Of a stretch of DNA of 64,000 nt, positions 20,019 through 31,295 are shown in pieces. The notes below the pieces were generated by a model that was given only the letters and a program-made list of their open reading frames with translations, had not been told where the DNA came from and ran no database searches. The stretch's first letter is position 1. Each line of letters opens with the position of its first letter. Both the position numbers and the translations under genes were made by a program. The stretch comes from Bacteroidales bacterium (GTDB lineage Bacteria; Bacteroidota; Bacteroidia; Bacteroidales; WCHB1-69), in contig JAFZZT010000005.1 of NCBI GenBank assembly GCA_017615595.1, positions 36,244-100,243 of the forward strand. Direction: 5' to 3'.

Positions 20019-20486
20019 TTATTGGATTTTCGAAACGTTTGCTGTGATCGTTAAAATATTCTCTGACGGATAGGTATTGGCGGCCACCAGAATACGCTTG
20101 GACACCTTTCCATTCTGTGACTTGGAGTCAAAGGTGACGGTAATCTCGCCCTCCTCGCCCGGACGGATAGGAGCTTTCGGCGGCGTGGAGGTGGTGCAAC
20201 CACAAGTGGCCTCCGAAGAGTAGATGATCAAGTTGGACTTGCCTGTATTCTTGAATTTGAAAGAATAGGTCAGCTTCTCACCTTGCACCACCTCGCCAAA
20301 ATCGTAGGTGGTGGTCTCAAAAGTGATGACCGGCATGTTCTTGTTGGCCTTGTCGGAAATTCCTTCCGCCGTCTTCGGGTTATGGACGTCCGACACCTTG
20401 AAGTCACCCTCTTCGGCTGCCTTTTTCCGGCATCCGACACATCCTAACAACGTTATAATCAAACAAAAAATGGTTATCTTTCTCAT
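20019..20486 (-). CDS. DUF1573 domain-containing lipoprotein
   Basis: It has a lipobox (LLGCVGC) and the DUF1573 core (FDFGEVVQGEKLTYSFKFKNTGKSNLII...CGCTTS...PGEEGEITVTFDS). Confidence 0.75.
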   Translation of the reverse strand: MRKITIFCLIITLLGCVGCRKKAAEEGDFKVSDVHNPKTAEGISDKANKNMPVITFETTTYDFGEVVQGEKLTYSFKFKNTGKSNLIIYSSEATCGCTTSTPPKAPIRPGEEGEITVTFDSKSQNGKVSKRILVAANTYPSENILTITANVSKIQ

Positions 20487-20490
20487 ACTG

Positions 20491-21441
20491 TTAATTTTGA
20501 TACAAACCCCGGCCTGTCTTGTTCAACTTGCCAGTGTTTCGTAATTCTTCTATTATTTTGTCCAAAACTCCATTGATGAAAATCTTGCTCTTGTCGGAGC
20601 TGTACATCTTGGAGATTTCAATGTATTCATTCATCGTCACCTTTACCGGAATCAGCGGGAATTCCGACAACTCGCAGATGGCCATCTTGAGCAGGATAAT
20701 GTCCATGCCAATCAGACGATCCATGTCCCAATTCTGAATCTTGCTCTCAATCAACTGCTCATATTCGGCATCTTTGGCCAACACGGTGCGGAAGAGATGG
20801 CGGCAGAGGTATTCATCATCCTGCTTGTTGATAAAAGCGGAATAAATTCTACACTCCGATCCCTTGTTCTCTTTGAAGGCATCCACGTTTTTGTACAACA
20901 TGGACAACGCCTCAAAATAATCATCCACCCAATTCGGATCTTTTTCGCCGAAGAACCATCTGATGTACTCACTCTCTCCAAAGACATGCTGAATGATGTC
21001 CAGCACGAATTGCTTATCCTCTTCGTAATCCCCTTTAGGCCGTGACATATATTGCTTATAGATGTCAGACTCCTCTATTTGCTTGAAGACGGCGATGATA
21101 AAATCCAAGTCGTTGTCCCATTTGACTTTATATTGCTCCATCAACAGCTGAAGAGTTTGGTTCTCTTCCATTTGGGCAATGACTTTGTTGTCCACAAATT
21201 TGGTGTTGGGATTCAAGTCTTCCTCTGTAGGATTATTTTTCTCCTTGAAACTCTCCAGTTTGTTGGCACGATAGCGCACCACCTCCGGCAGAATGGAAAA
21301 GACCCACACAAACAAGGCGTGGCAGTTTTCCACGGTCTTGAACAGCGCTTTTTCTGCTGCCGCCGGTGCCACGTCTGTCCGTGTCTTATAGGCATACAAA
21401 GCTTGCATCACCTTGACTCGAATATGTCTTCTGCTTATCAT
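20491..21441 (-). CDS. nusB: Transcription antitermination factor NusB (long Bacteroidota form)
   Basis: N-terminus ISRRHIRVKVMQALYAY, and a C-terminal NusB fold block (DRLIGMDIILLKMAICEL...IPVKVTMNEYIEISKMYS...FINGVLDK). Confidence 0.8.
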   Translation of the reverse strand: MISRRHIRVKVMQALYAYKTRTDVAPAAAEKALFKTVENCHALFVWVFSILPEVVRYRANKLESFKEKNNPTEEDLNPNTKFVDNKVIAQMEENQTLQLLMEQYKVKWDNDLDFIIAVFKQIEESDIYKQYMSRPKGDYEEDKQFVLDIIQHVFGESEYIRWFFGEKDPNWVDDYFEALSMLYKNVDAFKENKGSECRIYSAFINKQDDEYLCRHLFRTVLAKDAEYEQLIESKIQNWDMDRLIGMDIILLKMAICELSEFPLIPVKVTMNEYIEISKMYSSDKSKIFINGVLDKIIEELRNTGKLNKTGRGLYQN

Positions 21442-21500
21442 CTATTCGACTTTATAGTTTTGGTTAGTGAATGATTTTAGGATCCTTTTTTTATGGTCGG

Positions 21501-22436
21501 TTATTTTAAAGTGAACGAACTCTCACCCAAGAATTGATTGTCGGTGAAGAGCTGCACGATATATTTGCCCTTGATGGCCTTGTCGTCAGAAGGAATGTCC
21601 CAGGTAAGGGTTACGTTTTTAGAGCTGCCGCTATAATCCACCGTCTGTTTGCAGGAATATTGCAGGCGTTGACCATCGTGTACGAAGGAGTAGTTGTCCC
21701 CACTGCCCATCGACAACACTTTTCCGCTACCCGGGATTGCAATACGGCAATAGACATTCACCTGGCCCGGATCAATGAGCGGGTTTTCTCCCAAAATGAG
21801 AGACGTCTTGATACGTTCGGTGCGGGCGGCCTTGTCGGTAACCTCCTCCGTGCCGTTATTTTTAACGTTATAGCCCGAGCTGTGGATGTTGTATGCTTTG
21901 TACACAGCGGCATTGTTGATCTTGGCATGCAGGTCCTCGTTAGACTTCTGGATGGTGGCCGTATTCTGGCGTTCTGTTTCCAGATCCGCCTTCACTTGCG
22001 TGTTCTCCTCTTTCAAAGCCTTGTTCTCTTGATAAAGCTTATCCATCTCCTGAACATACTCTTGGGAGATATTCTGCAGTCTCGCGAGTTGTTTTTTGAT
22101 TTTGTTATAGTCGGCTTGAGAATTGATAAGCTTCTCGATTTCGGCAGCATTGGCCATGATGACGCTGTCCTTGGCGCTCAATTGGTCGGAAAGATCGCCG
22201 TATTGAGCCTTGATGCGCTCGTGCTCTGCCATAAGGTTATTCAACTCGGCCTGAAGAGATTCTTTCTCGTCAGCAACCTTGATGTATTCCAAATTGGTCA
22301 CCGGTTTGGCAAAAAAACCAAAATAAAGCGTGGATAAGAAAAACAATCCCGCCAGTATTCCCAAAATAATAACCCACTTTTTCAACGGGTTTTGACTCTC
22401 GTTGGCTCCGCCATTAATTTCTTGTGTTGATTGCAT
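21501..22436 (-). CDS. Membrane-anchored coiled-coil protein with a C-terminal beta-rich domain, function unknown
   Basis: It has one transmembrane segment (WVIILGILAGLFFLSTLYFGFF), roughly 130 aa of heptad-like Q/E/K/L-rich sequence, then a beta-rich C-terminus. Confidence 0.5.
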   Translation of the reverse strand: MQSTQEINGGANESQNPLKKWVIILGILAGLFFLSTLYFGFFAKPVTNLEYIKVADEKESLQAELNNLMAEHERIKAQYGDLSDQLSAKDSVIMANAAEIEKLINSQADYNKIKKQLARLQNISQEYVQEMDKLYQENKALKEENTQVKADLETERQNTATIQKSNEDLHAKINNAAVYKAYNIHSSGYNVKNNGTEEVTDKAARTERIKTSLILGENPLIDPGQVNVYCRIAIPGSGKVLSMGSGDNYSFVHDGQRLQYSCKQTVDYSGSSKNVTLTWDIPSDDKAIKGKYIVQLFTDNQFLGESSFTLK

Positions 22437-22484
22437 TGTATGTTAGTTTTAATGATTAAACATGAACGAATAACGCAAAAATCG

Positions 22485-24134
22485 CTATTTTAGTAAGAGG
22501 TATCTGAATAATTCTTTCGGCACATAGAAAGTTTTGTTGATAGGCATATAGACCAACACCGAGGACAGTTCGTGCTGTTTGTTATTGACTGTCACATAGT
22601 TCGTATAACTGTCAAATACCAATGTGTTCTTTTTGTACTTAGCCGTGAAGCGGTAATGATATTTGTCCAGGCTGTCGATTTTGTAGTTATAGCCTTCAAA
22701 AACCTTGCGATGATCCACAAAATTATCTTCGGTCATCTCCTCCAGGACACCCGTCAAGCCCATTTGGCGACACATATATTGATTCAGTTCAATGTTGGTC
22801 GGACAGCCTTGCAACTCATCGTGCTGGGGCTGATACATCGCAAAGAAGACATTCTCGATGGTGTGGCCGAAGGTAGTGAATCCGAAATAGGTTCTGCCAT
22901 AGATCACCTGACTGAGCATTTTGACCATGGAAAGGTTGTCTTTGCGGTCCTCTTTGGACAAGCTGGATTTGTCATAATCTTTGGCTGAAGAGAGGTAGGT
23001 GATTTCTGACGGTTGAAGATCAATGTCGAAATAGGTCTTGAAGAGGTTGGGCCACTCGGTTGTCTCCGCCGCTTTCAGTTTTTCACCCATACTCCAGAGG
23101 GAGAGTTGATAGTTGTCAATGGGCGACATGATCTGCTTGAGGGAGAGTCTGTCGTAGCCGTGGTTGGATTTGGTGTTGCCGATGGTCAGGGAACCCGTGC
23201 CGTGATCGGGGACCACCACTACGAGGGTATTGCCGTCTTTTTTGGCAAAATCGAAAGCCACCTTGCAAGCCTTGTCAAATTCAAGGAACTCCACCAGGGC
23301 AGCCTTGGCGTCATTGTCGTGGGCGGCCCAGTCCACCTTGCTGCCTTCCACCATCAGGAAGAAGCCATTGGGGTTATGGGAGAGGATCTCCAGGGCTTTT
23401 TCGGTGCTCTCCGCCAGAGATGGAACGGCAGAGGCGTCCGTCTCCATATAATACTCTATGGAAGAGGGGCGGTAGAGCGCCCAGAAGGGTCCTTTGTGGC
23501 AGTTGCGCATGCCGGAGAGATCGTCCATGAAGAGATTATATCCTTTGGATCTCAAGTATTCGCGTTCGCTTTCTTTCAGATAGGAGGTGCCGCCGGCGAT
23601 GACCACATCGAGGTCGTTATAGACCATCTGCGGGGCGATCATGCCATACTTGCCGCGGGAGTAGGTATGGGCGGCGCAGTCGGCGGGGGTGGCGTGGGGA
23701 AACTCGCAAGTGCAGACGATGCCCGTTGCCTTGCCCTGACGCCAATGGGCCGCCTCCATCAAGGTGGTCAACGGCTGATAGGCGCGTGTGGCATCCACTG
23801 GCACCAAATCATGGTCCGTCTTAACCGGATAGGTGGAAACAAAGCCCGTCTGGGTTGGTTGGCCCGTCATGTAGCATGCTGTTGTCGGTGCCGAATCACC
23901 GATGGGAGCGTCTGAAGAATGGGTGCGAATCAGTCCCTTGATGTATGGATCTATGTTCAAGGCTGTCTTGGTGGAGTCCAAGTAGGTCTGATACCAGCGG
24001 GCGCAGGAGAGCAGACTGGTGGAGGTTCCGTCCGTGATCAGAAGGATGACGTTTTTCACGGGAGCCGGCTGGGCAAAGGCCAGTAACCCCAGTAAAAAGA
24101 ACAGTTTGCAAAGAACGATTTTCTTCATTATCAT
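22485..24134 (-). CDS. Alkaline phosphatase (PhoA family)
   Basis: It has a signal peptide, KNVILLITDGTS (metal Asp), a GDSAPTTACYMTG nucleophile block, VDWAAHDND and VVVPDHGTG. Confidence 0.8.
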   Translation of the reverse strand: MIMKKIVLCKLFFLLGLLAFAQPAPVKNVILLITDGTSTSLLSCARWYQTYLDSTKTALNIDPYIKGLIRTHSSDAPIGDSAPTTACYMTGQPTQTGFVSTYPVKTDHDLVPVDATRAYQPLTTLMEAAHWRQGKATGIVCTCEFPHATPADCAAHTYSRGKYGMIAPQMVYNDLDVVIAGGTSYLKESEREYLRSKGYNLFMDDLSGMRNCHKGPFWALYRPSSIEYYMETDASAVPSLAESTEKALEILSHNPNGFFLMVEGSKVDWAAHDNDAKAALVEFLEFDKACKVAFDFAKKDGNTLVVVVPDHGTGSLTIGNTKSNHGYDRLSLKQIMSPIDNYQLSLWSMGEKLKAAETTEWPNLFKTYFDIDLQPSEITYLSSAKDYDKSSLSKEDRKDNLSMVKMLSQVIYGRTYFGFTTFGHTIENVFFAMYQPQHDELQGCPTNIELNQYMCRQMGLTGVLEEMTEDNFVDHRKVFEGYNYKIDSLDKYHYRFTAKYKKNTLVFDSYTNYVTVNNKQHELSSVLVYMPINKTFYVPKELFRYLLLK

Positions 24135-24151
24135 TAAAATTTTTCAAACCG

Positions 24152-24159
24152 CAAAAGTA
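24152..24159 (-). promoter_or_regulatory. -7 element (TACTTTTG on the minus strand) upstream of the alkaline phosphatase gene
   Basis: The plus strand reads CAAAAGTA, 18 nt upstream of the start at 24134. Confidence 0.4.
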
Positions 24160-24252
24160 GCAAAAAAGAAAATATCTTCCTTATACATCACCATAAATAA
24201 TTACATTTTTAAAAAAGAAAATTTTACTCTTGACAAAAGGATAAAAATGTTG

Positions 24253-24260
24253 TAGTTTTG
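24253..24260 (+). promoter_or_regulatory. -7 element TAGTTTTG upstream of queA-purM
   Basis: Matches TAnnTTTG, 18 nt upstream of the ATG at 24278. Confidence 0.45.
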
Positions 24261-24277
24261 CAGGCCAATTTTTGTTT

Positions 24278-25351
24278 ATGAAATTATCAGAATTCAAGTA
24301 CTATCTTCCTCAAGAATTGATAGCTTTACACCCGGAAAAAGAGCGTGATGAGGCACGCATGATGGTGCTCAACAGAAAGACCAAAACTATTGAGCATAAA
24401 TTGTTTAAAGATATTTTGGAGTATTTCGACGAGGGCGACCTTTTCGTGATGAACAACACAAAAGTCTTTCCAGCACTCCTTTTTGGAGAGAAGGAACAGA
24501 CTCGTGCCAAGATCAGGGTCTTCCTGCTTCGCGAGCTGGATGCAGAGAGTCGTTTGTGGGATGTGCTGGTGGACCCGGCGCGCAAGATCCGCATCGGCAA
24601 CAAGCTCAGCTTCTGTGATGACGACAGCTTGGTGGCGGAGGTCATCGACAACACAACCTCCCGCGGGCGCACATTGCGTTTCCTCTTCGATGGGGATCAT
24701 GACGCCTTCAAGCAGAAGCTGATGGACCTCGGCACCACCCCGCTGCCAGACGACATCCAACGTCTGCGCGAAATTGAAGAGGAGGATGCCCAGAACTACC
24801 AGACCCTCTACGCCTCCGAAGAAGGTGCCGTGGTGGCCCCGGCCGCCGGCTTCCACTTCAGCCGCGAACTGCTCAAAAAGATGGAACTCTACGGCCTGGA
24901 GCGCACCTACATCACGCTGCACGCCGGCCTGAGCAACTTCAACGACATCGACGTGGAGGACCTCTCCAAACACAAACCCGACTCCGAACGGATGATCATC
25001 CTGCCCGAAGTGGCAGACACCATCAACAAGGCCAAAGATAACGGCCACAAAGTGGTCGCGGTCGGCACCACCACGATGAAGGCGCTGGAATCCTCCGTCT
25101 ATTCCAACGGACACGTCAAAACCACCCAAATGAACGGCAAAGAGGACATCTGGACCAGCAAGTTCATCTACCCGCCTTACCGCTTCATGGTGGCAGACGC
25201 CATGATCACCAACTTCCACGCCTCCCAAAGCTCCATGCTGATGATGGTCGCTGCCTTCGGTGGTTACGACTTCGTCATGAAAGCTTATCACGAAGCCGTG
25301 GAGGAAAAATATCACTTCCTGACATACGGTGACGCAATGCTGATTTTATAA
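24278..25351 (+). CDS. queA: S-adenosylmethionine:tRNA ribosyltransferase-isomerase
   Basis: [19 protein letters not shown]...RDEARMMV, and a C-terminus ([19 protein letters not shown]...[19 protein letters not shown]). I chose the ATG at 24278 inside the track ORF 24272. Confidence 0.9.
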   Translation: MKLSEFKYYLPQELIALHPEKERDEARMMVLNRKTKTIEHKLFKDILEYFDEGDLFVMNNTKVFPALLFGEKEQTRAKIRVFLLRELDAESRLWDVLVDPARKIRIGNKLSFCDDDSLVAEVIDNTTSRGRTLRFLFDGDHDAFKQKLMDLGTTPLPDDIQRLREIEEEDAQNYQTLYASEEGAVVAPAAGFHFSRELLKKMELYGLERTYITLHAGLSNFNDIDVEDLSKHKPDSERMIILPEVADTINKAKDNGHKVVAVGTTTMKALESSVYSNGHVKTTQMNGKEDIWTSKFIYPPYRFMVADAMITNFHASQSSMLMMVAAFGGYDFVMKAYHEAVEEKYHFLTYGDAMLIL

Positions 25352-25374
25352 TTCTCATAAAAACTTTAAAAAAT

Positions 25375-26406
25375 ATGGCTAAGACTTACGAAGATGCCGG
25401 TGTGAGCCTCGAAGCAGGTTACGAATCGGTCCGTTTGATCAAAAAACATATCAGTAGAACCAACCGCCCGGGCATGATGGGCAACATCGGAAGTTTCGGC
25501 GGCATGTTCGACCTGGCCTCCCTGAACTATAAAGAACCCGTGCTTGTCAGCGGCACTGACGGTGTGGGCACCAAGCTGAAACTGGCCTTCATGATGGACA
25601 AGCACGACACCATCGGCCAGGATGCCGTGGCCATGTGCGTCAACGACGTGTTGGCCCAAGGCGCCGCGCCGCTCTTCTTCCTCGACTATGTGGCCGTGGG
25701 CAAAAACGACCCCAAAAAGATTGAAACGATCGTCAAGGGCGTTGCTGACGGCTGCGTGCTCTCCAACTGCGCCCTCATCGGCGGCGAGACCGCGGAGATG
25801 CCCGACATGTACGATGAAGACGAATACGACATCGCCGGATTCACGGTCGGATGCGTCGAGAAATCCAAACTCATAGACGGCTCCAAGGTGGAAGTCGGTG
25901 ATGTCCTCATCGGACTGGCCTCCTCCGGCGTTCACTCCAACGGCTTCTCCCTCGTCCGCAAAATCGTCCTCAAAGACAACCACCTCGATCTGAATGAACG
26001 ATACGATGACCTGGACGACACCCTCGGGAACACGCTGCTCACCCCTACCCGCATCTATGTGAAACCCGTCCTTGAAGTGCTGAATCATTTCGATGTCCAT
26101 GCCATCTGCCACATCACGGGCGGCGGCTTCGACGAGAACATCCCCCGTATGCTTAAGGAGGATCAGGGCGTCAGCATCCAAGAGGGCTCGTGGCAAATCC
26201 TGCCCATCTTCCACCTGCTGGAGAAATATGGCAACATCCCTCATCGCGAGATGTTCAACATCTTCAACATGGGAGTCGGCATGATCCTCATCGCCCGTCC
26301 GGAAGATGCCAACGCTATCCTCGACCTGTTCGGCAAGCTGGGCGAAAAGGCTTCCATTATCGGACAAGTCACCTCCCAAACAGGCGTACATATCGAACTC
26401 TTATAA
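25375..26406 (+). CDS. purM: Phosphoribosylformylglycinamidine cyclo-ligase (AIR synthetase)
   Basis: [13 protein letters not shown]..., [34 protein letters not shown] and [14 protein letters not shown] are PurM blocks. Confidence 0.92.
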   Translation: MAKTYEDAGVSLEAGYESVRLIKKHISRTNRPGMMGNIGSFGGMFDLASLNYKEPVLVSGTDGVGTKLKLAFMMDKHDTIGQDAVAMCVNDVLAQGAAPLFFLDYVAVGKNDPKKIETIVKGVADGCVLSNCALIGGETAEMPDMYDEDEYDIAGFTVGCVEKSKLIDGSKVEVGDVLIGLASSGVHSNGFSLVRKIVLKDNHLDLNERYDDLDDTLGNTLLTPTRIYVKPVLEVLNHFDVHAICHITGGGFDENIPRMLKEDQGVSIQEGSWQILPIFHLLEKYGNIPHREMFNIFNMGVGMILIARPEDANAILDLFGKLGEKASIIGQVTSQTGVHIELL

Positions 26407-26484
26407 CTAAGCGATTTTATAAAACACTTATTCTAAATAGATTACGAAAGATATTAACAGAGTGTCAACTTTCAAAATTTTTTT

Positions 26485-26492
26485 TATTTTTG
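26485..26492 (+). promoter_or_regulatory. -7 element TATTTTTG upstream of the C10 peptidase gene
   Basis: Matches TAnnTTTG, 51 nt upstream of the ATG at 26543. Confidence 0.4.
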
Positions 26493-26542
26493 TCGCTCAT
26501 TTGGTAAAGTAGAAATATATTAATAACTAAACAATTTCATAT

Positions 26543-28825
26543 ATGAAAAAAATTACTCTTTTAGTTTGTCTTTTGGCAGTTTCGCTTTGGGGCTTCGCTT
26601 CCCATGTGATCCCCGTGGAAACCGCTATGAAAGCATCCAAAAACTTCTTGGCTGAGCGCGTCGGCGTTTCTGATGCCAAGGGCATGGATCTTACGCTCGT
26701 CTATACGGAATACACCGCTGCGGGCGATCCCGTCTTTTATCGTTTCCAAATTGGTGACAAGGGTTTCATGATTGTCTCAGCCACGGACCAAGCCACCCCG
26801 GTGTTGGCCTACTCTTTGGAAAGCAACTTCAAAGCTGGAACCGGTGCTGATCTTTACTGCACCCAATACAAAAACGAACTGACCTATTTGATCGAGCATC
26901 CTTCTGTGACCAGTTCTGCCAGAACTCTTTGGGATCATTACACCAGCGAGAATTTCACCGTGAGCCAGGCCAAAGGCAATCCTTGTGTGCAACCTTTGGT
27001 AACCACCGAGTGGAACCAAGACACCTATTACAATGCCCAATGTCCTTACAATCCGCTGAGCGATCTGGACATCGACATGCGTTCCTATGTGGGTTGTGTG
27101 GCTTTGTCAATGAGCAACATCCTCTATTACTATCGTTACCCAGAGCATGGTTACGGCGCCATCTATTACATTCCCAAAGAATATGATGACGAAACGGGCG
27201 AACTTATCTACACCTACCCGCCGCAATCCGTCAACTTCGGCAACACCCATTACAACTACAACCACATGACCGACAGACTGAATGCCTATAACGGCGAGCA
27301 GGCCAAGCTGTTGTACAACTGTGGTGTGGCTACCAGAATGGGTTACGGTCACGATGGCTCCGGCACACAGTCCGAGTATGCCATGGAGGCTTTGCAATCC
27401 TTTTTCCACTATTCTCCCAATGCTCAGTTCAGCAGCATTGTAGATGTGGCTCCCTCTTCTGACCTGACTTACTTGTGGATCAACCAAGCTATCAACGAGC
27501 TGAATGCCCGTCGCCCGCTGTTCTTCAGCGGCCGCAACGAGACCGATGGCGGTCACGCTTGGATTGTGGATGGTTACACAACCATCACCCAAGACACTGT
27601 TACCGACACCTATTTCCACGTGAACTGGGGTTGGGGTGGTTATGACAACGGTTTCTACCTGCTCACCAACCAGAACACCCACTCCGGCAACTTCAATGTT
27701 TCCGAAACCAACACCATGATGATTAAGTTGATGCCTGATTCCGCCGAAATCGAGAAACCGGCTATCAGCGACACCAGAATCACCGCCAGCGTTGGCTCTA
27801 TCAGCGACGGTGCCGGCAACATGAAATATGCCCAGAACTCCAACCGCAGATGGGTGATCTCCTCTCCGAATGCTACCGCTTACCGCTTCACCTTCTCCAA
27901 ACTGAAAGTGAAAGCTGGCGACAAAGTGAACATCTACAACGGCGGCACCGAGGCTTCCGGTATCAAACAATCCTACTCTGGCGACTGCCTGATGGCTGCT
28001 TGCAGTGACTATAGCGGTGTTTCCGGTGGCGTGCATGGCGACTTCACGGGAGATGCTCTCCCCAACGCCCTCACCGTTACCGCTGACAGTGTGCTGATCA
28101 CCTTCACCTCCACTGCCAACTCCGAAACTGACTACGGTTTTGTGCTGAACTATGAAGCTACCAGCTATGTCTCCTCTTCTACCGCTTGCTCCAGCAACAC
28201 CCAGATGATCACGACACAAACCGGTACCATCACCGACAAACCCGGCAACGCCATCAACAACGACAACCCGTACCGCCCGAGCCAATCCTGCTCTTGGCAG
28301 ATCCGTCCCTCCGGCGCCACTGGCTATGTCTTCTCCTTCAGCAAATTCGACCTCAAAGCCGGCGATTTCGTGGATGTGTATGACTACTCCTCCACCACCA
28401 GCCCTGTTCTCTATCGTCACTTCGATATCAACAACACCGCTTCTCTGGAAACCGACTACTATTTCCTCACCGCTTCCAAACTCTATGTGCGTTTCGGTTC
28501 CGATAACGACCAAGAGGGTACGGGCTTTGAGTTGAACTACCATACCAGCCAAACGGGCATCGAGCATTTCGACAACATGGAGGTGAGCGTGTATCCTAAC
28601 CCCGCCAACACTTTTGTGAACGTGTCCGTCACCGCTGACGAGGCTCAGACCATCTATGCTACCATCGTTGACATGGCCGGCAAGACTGTTGCCACCGACC
28701 AATTCAACTACAACGGCGGCGAGCAAGTGTTCCAGATTCAAACCAACAACCTCTCCGAGGGCATCTACTTCTTGAATCTGAAGTCTCAGAACGGTCAAAG
28801 AACCCAAAAGCTGATCATCCAATAA
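26543..28825 (+). CDS. C10-family (streptopain-like) cysteine peptidase with an N-terminal inhibitor-like prodomain, two CUB-like beta-sandwich domains and a T9SS type-A C-terminal domain
   Basis: It has a signal peptide, a catalytic Cys block (YVGCVALSMSNILYYYRYP), a catalytic His block (GGHAWIVDGY), two repeated modules (GSISDG...RRWVISSP...YRFTFSKLKVKAGDKVNIYNG and GTITDK...SCSWQIRP...YVFSFSKFDLKAGDFVDVYD), and a sorting domain (VSVYPNPANTFVNVSV...GIYFLNL...KLIIQ). Confidence 0.8.
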   Translation: MKKITLLVCLLAVSLWGFASHVIPVETAMKASKNFLAERVGVSDAKGMDLTLVYTEYTAAGDPVFYRFQIGDKGFMIVSATDQATPVLAYSLESNFKAGTGADLYCTQYKNELTYLIEHPSVTSSARTLWDHYTSENFTVSQAKGNPCVQPLVTTEWNQDTYYNAQCPYNPLSDLDIDMRSYVGCVALSMSNILYYYRYPEHGYGAIYYIPKEYDDETGELIYTYPPQSVNFGNTHYNYNHMTDRLNAYNGEQAKLLYNCGVATRMGYGHDGSGTQSEYAMEALQSFFHYSPNAQFSSIVDVAPSSDLTYLWINQAINELNARRPLFFSGRNETDGGHAWIVDGYTTITQDTVTDTYFHVNWGWGGYDNGFYLLTNQNTHSGNFNVSETNTMMIKLMPDSAEIEKPAISDTRITASVGSISDGAGNMKYAQNSNRRWVISSPNATAYRFTFSKLKVKAGDKVNIYNGGTEASGIKQSYSGDCLMAACSDYSGVSGGVHGDFTGDALPNALTVTADSVLITFTSTANSETDYGFVLNYEATSYVSSSTACSSNTQMITTQTGTITDKPGNAINNDNPYRPSQSCSWQIRPSGATGYVFSFSKFDLKAGDFVDVYDYSSTTSPVLYRHFDINNTASLETDYYFLTASKLYVRFGSDNDQEGTGFELNYHTSQTGIEHFDNMEVSVYPNPANTFVNVSVTADEAQTIYATIVDMAGKTVATDQFNYNGGEQVFQIQTNNLSEGIYFLNLKSQNGQRTQKLIIQ

Positions 28826-28842
28826 TCAGCTTTCCCTATCAC

Positions 28843-28875
28843 AAAAAAGGCGCCCGAAAAGGCGCCTTTTTTTAT
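28843..28875. terminator. Bidirectional intrinsic terminator between convergent C10 peptidase and ackA genes
   Basis: AAAAAAGGCGCC-cgaaaa-GGCGCCTTTTTTT, with an A-run and a T-run flanking the hairpin. Confidence 0.75.
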
Positions 28876-28893
28876 TTCGCTGTAAAGCGTGGA

Positions 28894-30093
28894 TTACTTC
28901 GTCAGCTGGTAGGTCTCCATGGCCATCACCAGCTCTTCGTTGGTGGTCACGGAAACCAGTTTGACTTTGGAGTCGGGCGTGGAGATGATACCATCCTCGC
29001 CGGCATACTTCTGGTTAGCCTCTTTGTCGAGTTTGGTACCGAGGAACTCCAATCCTTCGCAGATGGCCTCGCGCTGGAACCAGGCATTCTCGCCGATACC
29101 ACCCGTGAAGAGAATGATGTCCACACCACCCATGGCGGCTGTGTAGGCACCGATATATTTCTTCACCCGGTAAGCGAACATGTTGAATGCATCCGTGGAG
29201 CGCTCGTCTCCGCTGTCGCGGCCGGCACGGATATCGCGCATATCGACACTTTTGCCGGAGATGCCCAGCAGACCGCTCTTCTTGTTGATCAGCGTGTTGG
29301 CCTGCTTGGTGTCGAGGTTCTCGTTCTCCATAATGTACAATAAAGCGCCGGCATCGATATCACCCACGCGCGTGCCCATCACCAAACCCTCGACAGGCGT
29401 GAAACCCATGGAGGTATCAATGGATTTGCCGTTCTTGATGGCGCAGATGGAAGCGCCGTTGCCAAGGTGACAGCTCACGATCTTGGCGTTCTCGTATGGG
29501 ATGCCCACCATGGCGGCTGCCTTCGGTCCCACATATTTATGGCTGGTACCGTGGAAACCATAACGCCGGATCTTCTTCTCGCTATAATACTCGTAAGGAA
29601 GCGCGTACAGGAAAGCCTCCGGCGGCATCGTCTGATGGAAGGAAGTGTCGAAAATACCCACATGCTTCACATTCGGGAGCAGCTTCTTCATGGCGTCGAT
29701 ACCCGTCAAGCTGGCGGGGTTGTGCAGCGGAGCCAAGGCGCAGAGCTTCTCAATCTCTTCACGCTCCTTGTCGCCAATGACCATCGACTGCTTGAAATAC
29801 TCGCCACCGTGCGCCACACGATGACCCACTGCGTTGATCTCCTCCAAAGAGCTGATCACGCCATGCACCGGATCGGTGAGCGCTTCCAAAATCAACTTGA
29901 TGCCCGCCTCGTGCGTGGGAATGGGAGTCTGCGTGTAGTATTTGTCCTTGCCGACCGGCTTGTGGGTGAACTCACCCATTTCCAATCCGACTCTTTCAAC
30001 AAGACCTTTGGCCTTCAATTCAGGTTGCGGTTCCATTTCCAACAGCTGATACTTGATGGAGGAACTGCCACAATTTAAAACTAAGATTTTCAT
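28894..30093 (-). CDS. ackA: Acetate kinase
   Basis: MKILVLNCGSSSIKYQL..., HRVAHGG, GFHGTSH and TGGIGEN are AckA blocks. Confidence 0.95.
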   Translation of the reverse strand: MKILVLNCGSSSIKYQLLEMEPQPELKAKGLVERVGLEMGEFTHKPVGKDKYYTQTPIPTHEAGIKLILEALTDPVHGVISSLEEINAVGHRVAHGGEYFKQSMVIGDKEREEIEKLCALAPLHNPASLTGIDAMKKLLPNVKHVGIFDTSFHQTMPPEAFLYALPYEYYSEKKIRRYGFHGTSHKYVGPKAAAMVGIPYENAKIVSCHLGNGASICAIKNGKSIDTSMGFTPVEGLVMGTRVGDIDAGALLYIMENENLDTKQANTLINKKSGLLGISGKSVDMRDIRAGRDSGDERSTDAFNMFAYRVKKYIGAYTAAMGGVDIILFTGGIGENAWFQREAICEGLEFLGTKLDKEANQKYAGEDGIISTPDSKVKLVSVTTNEELVMAMETYQLTK

Positions 30094-30138
30094 ATCGATA
30101 TTTTTATTTGTTGTACAAAATAGGCGGCAAATATATGA

Positions 30139-31218
<1,080 letters not shown>

Positions 31219-31243
31219 TCAAAGGAGATGCCATGATCCAAAA

Positions 31244-31276
31244 AACGGGTGGTCAAAAGACCACCCGTTTTTATTT
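31244..31276. terminator. Bidirectional intrinsic terminator between gap and the convergent lipoprotein gene
   Basis: AACGGGTGGTC-aaaa-GACCACCCGTT, followed by TTTTATTTT. Confidence 0.8.
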
Positions 31277-31295
31277 TAATTCGAAGACATAATGA

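Noticed and set aside
28186-28535. Short plus-strand ORFs in alternative frames within the C10 peptidase gene
   Set aside because: They are out of frame relative to a continuous 760-aa ORF that carries catalytic and sorting-domain motifs. Nothing points to a frameshift or pseudogenisation.
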